DNA of 64,000 nucleotides from the NCBI RefSeq assembly GCF_009914755.1, contig NC_060932.1, one strand, 5' to 3'. The notes under the pieces are model-generated. The model was not told where the DNA came from. It searched no databases and was given only the letters and a program-made list of their open reading frames with translations. Shown here piece after piece: positions 1-16,736 of the stretch. The first letter of the stretch is position 1; each line of letters opens with the position of its first letter. Both the position numbers and the translations under genes were made by a program. The DNA comes from the human T2T-CHM13v2.0 reference genome, Homo sapiens.

Positions 1-1267
1 ATATAATAGGTATATATATATATACACACCTATTAGAGGTCCTATAACATATAAAAGAATATAGTTATAAAATATTTAGAGGAGGGTTTACTCCTTCAAG
101 GTCCTCTTATCAAGACAAATTTCAAGGGGAATTCCCTTTGTGATGCCTTCTTAGTCCCCTTTGTATTTAATTTGCCATTTCCTTCTCTGTACACACCACT
201 TTAAAAGCATCTATCAAATTACATTGTTAACAAGTGTTTATTGCATTTCTCCTTAGCTAGACTCAGGATATTGAAAAAAAAAACAAACCACATTGTCTTA
301 TTTCTTGTTGTAAGCCTTTAGCCTAAAAATGTACCTAGTTTATGACAGATGTAGGTGACAGAAAATGGAGAGACAGAAAAAAGAAGGGCAGAAAGGAGAT
401 AAGAAGGACATAAGAGATTAGTCCTAAAAGGAAATAAATGATTTCAACATATGCAGATACAGTCTGACTACAGCACAGGGAAAAGCAGCTTCAGTCATAC
501 AAAAAACAATGCTACTAGGCTTGCAAGGGGGTGACATCCATGCCCTTGGATTCATTAACTTGGTGCTTGTTAAACTGAACAGCCAACCCTATTGACCTAC
601 ATTGTCAACTGTATTTATTTTATGATTCATCTTTAGCCAAAACAATACAAGTAGTGGAGCATCATTATGAGGATTTAATTACCTCTAATGATTAGTAAGA
701 GAGATGTTTTGAAGATAACTTTCGCCTCTTAGAATAATAAATTGCAGATTTTTTTCCTATTAGTTTGTAGCAGGTAGACAAAATGGTGGTTTTTTACTAT
801 GATGTAACAACAAACTCTGATTTTAGTAACTATTGATTTAACAGGATTGCATGCACAGGGAAAAATACATATACATAATGTCTCTTTCTCTCCCTCTTTC
901 CTTCCTTCCCTTTCCGTCCTCTTTCACTCATCCCCCTCTCACATACACACCTTACCTCAGTGACAGAGGAAAAATTACTCTGTCAGGCTTCCCAAGAAGT
1001 CCGTAATGAGAATTCAATATCCCTTCCACAGCAAATGTGCACATATACATTTATATATTCATAATTCACTAAAGGGTTTCTCACAAGTTTACACTAGAGG
1101 AGGTTTACATTGTCTATCCCTTTGTTGAAAGCAGTATTGCTTTGTCCTTGCCTATGACAATGATTTGATTTTAGCAGTAAAAACAGTGTTTAGAGACTCT
1201 TCTTATGGAAATTAGACATGTAAAGGTCTCATGATTTGAGTCTTTGAATTTGTGTGGACGTTCAAGC

Positions 1268-1600
1268 ATTCATTCATCCATCCATTCATTCAGTTATTCA
1301 TGAAACAAACATTTGTTGAATGTCAATGTACATGGCTGGGACTAGGATAGGGCACACAGATACAAATATTAATGAGATCAGATCACTTGCTCCTAAGAAT
1401 CTCACAGTTGAGAAGAAAAGACAAATAAGTAAAATCAACACATAATTAGAAAAAGAGAAGCACATATAGGATGGCATAGAAGAGGGAACAATGAAGTGTT
1501 TAATTCTGCTTTTGGGGATCAAAGAAGGCATTGGTGAAACTTATCTGTTAAATCCAGATCCCAAACATATAATAAATTCATGGTGAGATTCAGCAGGTGC
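1268..1600 (-). mobile_element. L2 LINE 3' fragment (ancient)
   Basis: CATTCATTCATCCATCCATTCATTCA...AACAAACATTTGTTGAATG is the reverse complement of the typical L2 3' end; right boundary approximate. Confidence 0.6.
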
Positions 1601-2226
1601 CTCATGAACTGCCTACTTTGAGAGTTGGAAGGGCAAAGATCTCTTTATGTGTAAGTGTGTTTAGTGTGGTGACAAATGTGAAAATTGGGCCTAGGTTTCC
1701 AGGAAATACCCCAGGGATGAAAAAGTTAAGCCAAGATTTTTTTTCATCGAAATGATACAGAAATAATTTGCAATAAGGATCCAAAAAAAGTGGAAAACAG
1801 TGAAGAAATATGATCGTAGACCCAATGTCTAGAATAGTTTGTGGATGATGATATATGAGTGAGGGCCAACCAGACTCTGAACTAATTTTCTGCAAGCCCA
1901 TCCTTATATGTGTAATTGGAGCAGCCCAGGATGCAGCCTGATCTAGAAACACACCAGAGACCACCATTTCAGGGCGTCATGCAGCTAGTCAAGCTTAAGG
2001 TAATACCATATAGACTGAATGCCAATGGATCATACAGACCGTTGAGGCTGGAACAGGCTCCTCATCCATCACTCTCAATTCTGTCATGCAATAACAACTT
2101 CAGAGAAGTGCATTCATACATTTATTACTATGAAACTAGAATAAGATTAGTTCTCCAGATTTCTGGGAGGATCATGCTAAAAGGTACTTAGACATTCTTA
2201 GGGATTATCCTGCAGTGCATTAGGAG

Positions 2227-2228
<2 letters not shown>

Positions 2229-2272
<44 letters not shown>
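2229..2272. repeat. (GT)22 microsatellite
   Basis: perfect dinucleotide run read directly. Confidence 0.98.
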
Positions 2273-2275
<3 letters not shown>

Positions 2276-3229
2276 TCCAGGAGTCAAGGGAGGAGCTAGC
2301 CAAAGAAACATTATAGAATTAGCTAAAGTAAAAAGTTGGGGAAGGGGGTGCATATTATAGGAGTACAAAGTAATCTAATAGAATGCAAGGGCAAAAATCT
2401 TGCTCAGCCTCATGAAAAGACTAGAACCACCAGAAGATCCCATCATCTCTTCTCATTGTGGCTTTCTCCCAATCTTTTTCATTCTTTATTATCAGTACAG
2501 AAACTGACTTTCTCTTCTTTCCAATTTATTGTCATCAAATTGCCCTCAGGGCTTATGAATCTCTCAGCAACTTTTACAAATCCCTGGGGAACAGATTAAT
2601 TCATTCTAAATTCAGAGGTCCAAACCTGGTACATGGAGCCTACTTCACATGGATTAGGTTATGCAGTTTTGAAAAAAAGAGGTTGGATGTAAACATGGTC
2701 ATGACCTCTTTATCTTTTCCCAGACTCTCCATACTCTTTTAAACACATGGAATAAATATCAAAAAACTCAACAATGACATTTCTATTATTAATCAGAGAG
2801 AAATTTTCTGTTTGTTTCAATCAGGTAATGGAAATGATTTGGAAAGCATCCACAGGTCAGACAAATTTAGTATCAGTTTTATTGTGGAACTTGGGAACAA
2901 ACCAATCTCAAAACTGAAAATTTTAAAATATATGTTTACAACCAAAATATGTGTGAGAAAATGTGATTTAACAAGATGATATTGATTCCTGTGATATTGC
3001 ATATTGCTACAATAATAGATAACTCTAATAACATATTCATTTATGCATGCATTCATCCCCTTCTTATCTATTGAGTCCATTGTTGCATTTCATACCCTCT
3101 GCTAAGTGCTAGATATACAATGAGGAACAAATTAGAAATCTTGGTCTTATGGTGAAGATGAAGGGAAATCTAATTTATCAGATAACTTTTCTCTAGGAGC
3201 TTTAAGGTTTTTCTCTTTATTTTGATATT

Positions 3230-3910
3230 AATTTTAGCCATTTAAATGGCTAGTAGGGGTATTTCATTTTTGTTTTAATTTGTATTTATCTGATGACTAA
3301 TGATGTTGTATACAAATGCTCACTGGCCATTTGTGCATTTGCGAATTGCCTGCTGTCTTCTTATTAATGGCTTGCAAAGGTTTTAAAAGTATAGTCTGTG
3401 ATTCATTAATCTTCATGAATGTGTGAGGTTCATTTTTTTCCATATGAATATCCACATGTTCTACCATCATTTGTTGAAGAACCTATACTTTCTCAATTAA
3501 AATAGCTAAACAGTTTTATAAAAAATAAATTGACCATATATTTTGGGTCTGTATCTAGACTTTCTATTCTATTTCTTTGATCTGTAAGTGCATTCTTCTA
3601 CCAACAGCTCTCTGTTTTAATTACTGTTGCTTTGTAGTACGAGTCCTCTCATTTTTTTTCTTTTTCAAAATTATCTTGGCTGTGTAGACTCCTTTGCATT
3701 TCCAAATTAACTTTAGAATCAGCTTGCCATTTTTGAACTAAAAAGGGACTCATGGGATTTTGATTAGAATTGCATTTAATATATAGATTAATTTGGGGAA
3801 AATGTATGTTATATCTTCTCATTTATGTAGGTATCCTTTAATTTCACTCAGCAATATTTTGTAGTTTGGAATATCCAGGCTATGCATATATTTTGTTAAA
3901 TTTATCTGAA
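3230..3910 (-). mobile_element. old L1M ORF2/3' fragments
   Basis: degenerate antisense L1 motifs (TTTGTATTTATCTGATGACTAATGATGTTG; CTTTAGAATCAGCTTG; GGGATTTTGATTAGAATTGCATTTAAT). Confidence 0.7.
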
Positions 3911-6042
3911 CTTCATAATAACCTCAATAAAACAAAACTCACAATGGACAACAAACTAACCATATCCTTCTCTCTACCTAGTTATGGCTAACTTTAGAAC
4001 AATCTTTACCCTTGTTCTTACTTCTCTTTCTAGTTCTTAACTGACTGAAGCAAAAATAATTTAAGCTGTATGATTTTTGCTGTTTGACCTTTCACATATG
4101 AAAATCTTCAACTGGTCATAGTTAAACAGAACTTGGAGAGTCAGACTTGTGCAGAAATGTATAAATGAGTACTTATACAATTATATCTCAGGTCATTTGG
4201 ACTCTATTTCACTCTCCCATGTATAATTCTGTGGGAAACAGCATGGAATCTAGGAAGAAATTTTGCACCAAGAAATAAGAGGACCTAATTTCTACCCTTG
4301 TATTTTGTTGTTTACTATTCACATAATCTTCAGAAAACTACTTATGCTTTTTAGGCTTTTGTTTCTTCATCTCAAATAAGTAATAATAATATATCTTGTC
4401 CACAAAGGCAGGAGACTGTACACAATGACTTCTTCGTGGTATTTTTCAGTTCTGCAACTCAGAAGACGATGTCAGTGACTTACAGCAAGGAAATTTTTCA
4501 GTTTTTAAAAATTGAAATAAGTTACTCCTTGATACTTTATTTATGCTTATATTTGCAATGTATTATAATTAGTTTGGCTTGTGTTGAGGACTCATACTAG
4601 GTACTTAGTAAATGTTGCTGAATCAGATTGCATTTCTAGGTCATATAAGGTAAGACTTAGTTTAACAGCCTTTAGGACTGATGATTCAGAAATATAGTTC
4701 AATTTTGCCCTTCATCCTTGTGTGACAAACACATTTAGTCCTGACCATTGGTCTGGTAGGAAGTAATTTCAGTGAGGCTGTAAAATTTAAGATTTATTCT
4801 GGTGTGATTACACATTTTACGCCCCATGACCCACCATTTAATAACAGCGTGCTTGATCAAAAACCAGCCTTCTAGTCTGTTTACCCATGTTGCTGTTACT
4901 GAGAGATGATTGTGGGGTTTTTGGTCTACACTATGGAGATATCTATGGAGACATTTTAGTTGTGTCAAAATGAATAAAAATCTGTAAATACCATAAGCAT
5001 TTGGCTATTTAGTTAATGTGATGGAATTGGGGAAAAGCAGACAGTCTGAGATTTGTGAGCCATTCAGTCTTGAAAGATGCTTCCTTCCAGAGTGTTTAAG
5101 GTCATGACCTAAGTTTGTTGGAATTTCAGAAACCCATAATAATAATTCAGTGGTCTTGTCAGTTCAAAATTTCTAGACAAGTCACTGATTGATATATCTC
5201 AGATTTTGGTGAGTCAAGGAGTAGCTTTATGCTACATTTATTCTTTGTTACACCAAGACTTAAGAGTAATGTCCCTTCCCTCAAAATGGATTTTAGGTAG
5301 CAGTTGACTTTCCAGCTCTAAACTAAAGTTATTTTTCCCCTTCACTTGGTGAATATCTGTCAATAAAGAGAGAATAGTGCTGTTGATTTATGGTCAAGCT
5401 CTTCTGGATCGATTTCCTCAACAAATAAAGAAATGAAGCATAGACAGTCTAAAGTAGATACAAGTGCCTCAGCACCCAAGTTCTATGTAATGTTTTCCTT
5501 ATTGTCATCAGCAACCAGTTCTTGTGCTGCTGCTCTTTCTTCTCAGGCATTCATTCACTTCATTCAACAAACTTACAAGGTGCCAGGAACTGACTAGGCA
5601 CTGGACATACAGCTTTGAACAAAAGAGGTTTAGTTTGCCCCACGTCCACTTTGGTTTGTTTTAGTCATGACAAGGCTTCATGTTTGATTCCTTACTCTAT
5701 TTTTCTAAAGTAAAACCATCCTTTCTCATGATGTGTTTGCCCTGACCATTGAATCCTATGGTTATATACTGGAAGGTTTTGTAACCTGAAAATCAGATTC
5801 CTGTGTCTTACAGAATCCAGATTCACATTACATTGTTTAACATATTTATTTTAAATTTGTAGATCTTTGGTTTTTGAACATTTGTGTTATTGATTACAAT
5901 AACTGGCTTTATAGAATATTTTTGAGCTGTTGTGTTTACCTAATCCTGTATGCCAAAATGTCAATTGCAGTAAGTTTTTATGTTTGGTACATACATTTTT
6001 AAATAGTACTTAGAGAGTTCTTTCGGTGGGTCTATTCTAATG

Positions 6043-6200
6043 TTCTCTCTCTCTCTCTCTGTGTATACATATGTGTGTGTGTGTGTGTATACACACATAA
6101 ACACATACACATATATACATACATAAACACATTATACATATTTAAACACATGTAAATATGTGTATATCTATGTAAATCTATACATGTTTGCATGTCTATC
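6043..6200. repeat. compound (CT)n/(GT)n/(CA,TA)n low-complexity tract
   Basis: read directly. Confidence 0.85.
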
Positions 6201-7010
6201 TGATATGAGAGGGTATACTGGCTTTGCAATTTACAAATTCTATGCTTTTGTGCAGGTCATTTCACTTCTTGTTTTTCTCATATGCATAAATAGTGTAGTA
6301 GGGTGGTAAAATCTATTTCATAGAGTTAGCTGGATCTTAATATATATTAGCCATTATTTTGTTCATTTTTATTATTATCATCAAGTTTGGCAATCTCTAC
6401 CTTGGTCAAGTATTTTTAAAATGCATCATTACACTTTAGACCAAAGTTCCCACAAATATTCAGTAGAAATTTGAAAAGAATTAACTCCATCCAGAGTCTT
6501 TTCCCATCTTTTCCATGACAATCAAACCCATATCTCAGAATTTTGCCTCTATTATCATTGGCTCATAACCTTCACACAAGTTTAAATATTTTTCTAGAAT
6601 ATGGCTCTCATTTTCACAGTAAAAAGCCTAGTCCTGTGTGAAAAACAGACACTGTGCTAAGATTTACACAATTTTGTCATTCCTCAGAAGAGCCTTCAAG
6701 ATATGAGATGGGAATATTGTGTCTATGAAAGAATGTAGAATTCATACAGACATTACATATTTAAATAAGGCTGTAACATAGTAAGCAGCAGAGTCAGGAA
6801 TCTAACCTGTGTTTGTCTGAACTCGAGACCCACTCTCCCTTATATTGTACTACCCATGGAAGCTCCATGTAAAGGCACTCCTACTTGCATTAAATCTGTT
6901 GACTTTAAGGAAAGGTTGGCAATATCCTTGCTTCCTACTGTCTCATTCAAAGCCATTAGATTTTTACATTGGTTCCACCATGCCTACTTCGAAGACCACA
7001 TATTAACTTT

Positions 7011-7298
7011 GTTTGTTTGTTTGTTTTTCAGACAGAGTCTCGCTCTTTTGCCCAGGCTAAAGTGCAGTGGTGATATCTCGGCTCAGATCCTGGGTTCAAG
7101 TGATTCTCCTTCCTCAGCCTCCCCAGTAGCTGGGATTATAGGCACCCACTACCAAACCTCGCTAATTTTTGTGTTTTTAGTAGACATGGGGTTTCACCAT
7201 GTTAGCCAGGCTGGTCTTGAACTCCTGACGTCAAGTGATCTGCCCACCTCGGCGTCCCAAAATGCTAGGATTACAGGTGTGAGCCACCATACTCGGAC
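7011..7298 (-). mobile_element. AluS element with small right-arm deletion
   Basis: antisense Alu body with (TTTG)n tail; TSD TTAACTTT at 7003-7010 and 7299-7306; CTGCAACCTCCGCCT segment missing near 7086. Confidence 0.92.
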
Positions 7299-7979
7299 TT
7301 AACTTTTAAAAGTCATAATTCCACCAATTTCCAGGTGCCTACCCAGTATGCATAAATTATTTATGCCAGAACCACAGTTCTCTTTTCTACTTCATAATCT
7401 TCTAGATGCTTAAGTAACTTCATTCTTCAAATGGACAACCATTTGTATACTATGGACTCATAAGGCTTTTACCTTCTCTTCATTCCACTTTAGCAATGAA
7501 TCCACAGTTATGTCCTAAACAATGTCATCACTTTTCATCCATTTTTCACATCTGATATCTTGAAACTTGAAATGTGTCTCTCTGACTATAATTTTCTTCC
7601 ACATTTTCTTACTTCTAAGCAATAGCATTATACTTCTAATATTTCCATATCTCATTATTCTCTCAAATTATTGAGGCTTTGCTTTCCTCCTTATCCAGGC
7701 TGGAATACATGGTTCACTGATTTATCTTTATTTCACAAGCCTCTAGGATTTTGTTACACCTCCATAGTTTATTTTAATCACTTTGTCAATTTCTACACCT
7801 AGACAAATCAGCTGCCCATTTTCTCTAGGCCTTTTGTTAAGCTGTGGAATTGTGCCAAATAACATCATATAATTTTCATGATTGGATCCATTACCAATGA
7901 ATGAAATCCAAATACTGACAAGCCTTTAATATTGCTTTATAAATCCATTTATTCAATCTGACTTAAAGCTTCATTGAGC

Positions 7980-8252
7980 ACTTCTCAAGCTGTCTCCTGC
8001 AAGATATTAGTATGTGTTCCTCTATATAGAAGCTCTAAAGTAAAATAATTTGGAAATGCTACATATTATATCTAATTCTTATAGATTCACAATTTTCATT
8101 TGCATATTCAAGGCTCTGAGAACTACTACAGCAAACATAAAACTTCACATAACATAAAGCTTCAATAATTTATTTGACTTTGAAATCCTTTATTCATTTA
8201 TTAATTTGTAGGAATCATAACATCTCAGTCAATACATTTTAGGAAATGCCGT
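7980..8252. mobile_element. hAT-Charlie-like DNA transposon relic (Charlie4-like)
   Basis: TTGCATATTCAAGGCTCTGAGAA...TTATTTGAC...TTTAGGAAATGC resembles recalled Charlie-family consensus; highly diverged. Confidence 0.35.
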
Positions 8253-8849
8253 ACTATACAAAGGGTGAGGTCCTTGTCTGGTTAGTTCACCACTGTATTC
8301 TCAACAGTTAGAAAGATGCCCATCTCAGAGTAGGCTCTCACACAGATACAAATATTGGATGAATAAATAAATGAAATAACTAAAGCAGTTTCTGTGACTT
8401 TTTCCTGATCTTTTCAATTTTATTAACCACACTACTGCACCCTCATTATCAAGTGAAGCTGGACATGACTTTGTTTTCCTATCACCTCAACATCTTTTCA
8501 AAACTTTGAATATTTTTTCATAATTCCCATCTCAGAAATATGTTTGAGTTTTCATGCTTAGTAATAAATATAGATGCTTAGGAGACATAGCTAGATGTCA
8601 ATCTCTTTCAGATATTTCATTTAATCTCTTAATCCTGTAAAATAAGTAAAATATTCTCTTTTATGTAGGTGATAAAATTAAAACTCATACACACCACAGT
8701 TAGAATTTAAACCCAGAGCTGTTGATCTCCAAGGCATAGCTTCTTTCCCAGCCCCATTGTTAACCCCCACTTTCCAAAGATAATAGTCTCATTTTGTTAG
8801 ATTCCATACTAGGTACAGCTTATGTAACAACTAGATCTACTAGTCCTTG

Positions 8850-8998
8850 AGCCCCACATGAGATTATAGCCCCGGCTAATACCTTAATTTCAGCCTGGTG
8901 AAACCCTGTGCAGAAAACTCAACTAATATATTCCTAAACTTTTTGCTTCCCAAGACTGTGAGATAATAAAAGGGCATTGTCTTAAGATGCTAAGTTTG
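8850..8998 (+). mobile_element. MLT1 (ERVL-MaLR) LTR, part upstream of the L1 insertion
   Basis: CAGCCTGGTGAAACCCTG...AAGACTGTGAGATAATAAA...TTAAGATGCTAAGTTTG typical MLT1 3' region; continues at 15119. Confidence 0.8.
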
Positions 8999-9990
8999 GG
9001 GGAGGAGCCAAGATGGCCGAATAGGAACAGCTCCGGTCTACAGCTCCCAGCGTGACCGATGCAGAAGATGGGTGATTTCTGCATTTCCATCTGAGGTACC
9101 GGGTTCACCTCACTAGGGAGTGCCAGACGGTGGGTGCAGAACAGTGGGTGCAGCACACCGTGGGCCAACCGAAGCAGGGTGAGGCATTGCCTCACTTGGG
9201 AAGTGCAAGGGGTCAGGGAGTTCCCTTTCCTGGTCAAGGAAAGGGGTGACAGACGGCACCTGGAAAATCGGGCCACTCCCACCCGCATACTGCGCTTTTC
9301 CAACGGGCTTAGGAAACAGCACACCAGGAGATTATATCCCGCACATGGTTTGGAGGGTCCTACACCCACGGAGTCTCGCTGATTGCTAGCACAGCAGTCT
9401 CAGATCAAACTGCAAGGCAGCAGCGAGGCTGGGGGAGGGGCGCCCGCCATTGCCCAGGCTCACTTAGGTAAACAAAGGAGCTGGGAAGCTCGAACTGCGT
9501 GGAGTTTCTGGGGGCAGGGCACAGACAAACAAAAAGAGAGCAGTAACCTCTGCAGACTTAAATGTCTCTGTCTAACAGCTTTGAGGAGAGCAGTGGTTCT
9601 CCCAGCACACAGCTGGAGATCTCAGAACGGGCAGACTGCCTCCTCAAGTGGGTCCCTGACCCCTGACCCCCGAGCAGCCTAACTGGGAGGCACCCCCCAG
9701 TAGGGGCAGACTGACACCTCACACGGCCGGGTACTCCTCTGAGACAAATCTTCCAGAGGAACGATCAGACAGCAGCATTCGCGGATCATGAAAATCCGTG
9801 GTTCTGCAGCCACTGCTGCTGATACCCAGGCAAACATGGTCTGGAGTGGACCTCTAGCAAACTCCAACAGACCTGCAGCTGAGGGTCCTGTCTGTTAGAA
9901 GGAAAACTAACAAACAGAAAGGACATCCACACCAAAAACCCATCTGTACATCACCATCATCAAAGACCAAAAGTAGATAAAACCACAAAG
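8999..9990 (+). promoter_or_regulatory. L1 5'UTR internal promoter (YY1 site CAAGATGGCC; antisense promoter region)
   Basis: sequence matches the primate L1PA 5'UTR; many CpGs decayed to TG/CA. Confidence 0.85.
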
Positions 9991-11002
9991 ATGGGGAAAA
10001 AACAGAGCAGAAAAACTGGAAACTCTAAAAAGCAGAGTGCCTCTCCTCCTCCAAAGGAATGAAGTTCCTCACCAGCAATGGAACAAAGCTGGACAGAGAA
10101 TGACTTTGACGAGCTGAGAGAAGAAGGCTTCAGATGATCAAACTACTCCAAGCTACAGGAGGACATTCAAACCAAAGGCAAAGAAGTTGAAAACTTTGAA
10201 AAAAATTTAGACGAATGTATAACTAGAATAACCAATACAGAGAAGTGCTTAAAGGAGCTGATGGAGCTGAAAGCCAAGGCTTGAGAACTACATGAAGAAT
10301 GCAGAAGCCTCAGGAGCCGATGGAATCAACTGGAAGAAAGGGTATCAGTGATGGAAGATGAAATGAATGAAGCGAGAAGGGAAGTTTAGAGAAAAAAGAA
10401 TAAAAAGAAACGAACAAAGCCTCCAAGAAATATGGGACTATGTGAAAAGACCAAATCTATGTCTGATTGGTGTACCTGAAAGTGACAGGGAGAATGGAAC
10501 CAAGTTGGAAAACACTCTGCAGGATACTATCCAGGAGAACTTCCCCAATCTAGCAAGGCAGGCCAACATTCAGATTCAGGAAATACAGAGAACGCCACAA
10601 AGATACTCCTCGAGAAGAGCAACTGCAATACACATAATTGTCAGATTCACCAAAGTTGAAATGAAGGAAAAAATGTTAAGGGCAGCCAGAGAGAAAGGTC
10701 GGGTTACCCACAAAGGGAAGCCCATCAGACTAACAGCGGATCTCTCGGCAGAAACTCTACAAGCCAGAAGAGAGTGGGGGCCAATATTCAACATTCTTAA
10801 AGAAAAGAATTTTCAACCCAGAATTTCATATCCAGCCAAACTAAGCTTCATAAGTGAAGGAGAAATAAAATACTTTACAGACAAGCAAATGCTGAGAGAT
10901 TTTGTCACCACCAGGCCTGCCCTAAAAGAGCTCCTGAAGGAAGTACTAAACATGGAAAGGCACAACCGGAACCAGCCGCTGCAAAATCATGCCAAAATGT
11001 AA
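9991..11002 (+). pseudogene. L1 ORF1p (RNA-binding chaperone), disrupted
   Basis: ATG at 9991 (MGKKQSRKTG); TGA at codon 24 (10060-10062), further stops and a 5-nt deletion near 10370; C-terminal 211 aa appear in the ORF track (10367-11002). Confidence 0.95.
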
Positions 11003-11065
11003 AGACCATCGAGACTAGGAAGAAACTGCATCAACTAACGAGCAAAATAACCAGCTAACATCATA

Positions 11066-14888
<3,823 letters not shown>

Positions 14889-15118
14889 ACAATGAGAACA
14901 CATGGACACAGGAAGGGGAACATCACACTCTGGGGACTGTTGTGGGGTGGGGGGAGGGGGGAGGGATAGCATTAGGAAATATACCTAATGCTAAATGACG
15001 AGTTAATGGGTGCAGCACACCAGCATGGCACATGTATACATATGTAACTAACCTGCACATTGTGCATGTGTACCATAAAACTTAAAGTATAATAATAATA
15101 AAAAAAATGCTAAGTTTG

Positions 15119-15154
15119 TGGAAATTTGTTACACAACAATAGAAAACTAATACA
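15119..15154 (+). mobile_element. MLT1 LTR 3' terminus (continuation of 8850-8998)
   Basis: TGGAAATTTGTTACACAACAATAGAAAACTAATACA canonical MLT1 end. Confidence 0.8.
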
Positions 15155-16285
15155 GTCAAAAATGACAGATGTGACGAATAGGACACAAATAGCCTGACAC
15201 ATTTAAGCATATCAGTAATTACCTTAAATGTGAAGAGTGTAAGTACTCTGACTAGAAAATAAGATTGTAAAACTAGATTTTAAAAAGAAAAAAATATATA
15301 TATGATTTATGAGACACAATTTAAAAATAAGATTAAAGAAAAAAAGGAATATAAAAGAACTGAAAAATATATATTATACAAACACTAACCAAAAGAAAGA
15401 TGGCACATATATATTAACATAAGACAAAGAAGACTTCAAAGAAACAAATTTCAAATACAATGCAGGTTTTTGTCCATAAAGAATTAAATTAGAAGTCAAC
15501 AACAGATAGAAAAATAGAGATTTTTAAGTGCATGTAAATTAAGACACATACTTCTAAATAACTCATGAGTAACATAGGAAATCACCATGAAAATTATTTG
15601 GTATGGAATTATCATTAAAAATATTTTGTACTAAAATTATAACTTACAAACATCTGTAAGATGTAGCAAAAGTAGTGACTGGAGGGATTTTATAGCTTTA
15701 AATGCATGTTATTAGGAAAGAAGTAGAGAATCAGTTATGTAAACACCCAACTCAAGAAGGTAGAAAAGAAGAGAAAATTATTCCCAAAGAAAGTAAAGGA
15801 AGAAAATCTAAAAAAGTAAAAGAAGAAATGAATGAAGTTGAAAATAAACATAGAATAGAGACAATCAATAAAATAAAAGTTATTTTAACATTTATAAAAA
15901 TAATTAATACCCCGGGAACATTACTCTTTTCAAATCATGAATATTAGAATAAGAAGGTATTATGAAAAGTTGGTATCTTTGACAACTGAGATGAAATGAA
16001 CAAGTTTCCTGAGAAATGTCAAATATCCAAACTGACAAAAGAAGAAATAAAAATCTGATAGGCAACTTTGGTTGCTAAAGAAATTAAATCTGTAATTAAA
16101 AACCTTCCTACAAGAAAAACTGTCCCTGGTGAAATAATATTAGTTTTATACAAATCCTTTCAAAGAATAAGGAAAGAGAAATACTTCCCAACTTATTTTG
16201 TTATTCTTCTCAACTTAGAATAATGCTAATACCAAAATCTTATAAAACATTATAAGAATGAGAAATTATAGGCCACTAATTCTCA

Positions 16286-16662
<377 letters not shown>

Positions 16663-16671
16663 TAAAATTTT

Positions 16672-16736
16672 TGGTCCTCACATTTGGCTCAGAATCTCTT
16701 GAAATATTTTACAGATCTTGGCTTTTTTCATCAACA
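16672..16736 (+). mobile_element. orphan 3' end of a MER4-group/LTR8-like ERV1 LTR
   Basis: GGTCCTCACATTTGGCTCAGAA..TCTCTTGAAATATTTTACAGA...TTTTCATCAACA matches the recalled MER4-group LTR terminus. Confidence 0.65.

Noticed and set aside
6856-7302. 148-aa ORF and similar ORFs at 25674, 29621, 30075 and 36844
   Set aside because: Translations of Alu sequence
14942-14964. G-quadruplex-like G tract
   Set aside because: Standard L1 3'UTR polypurine tract
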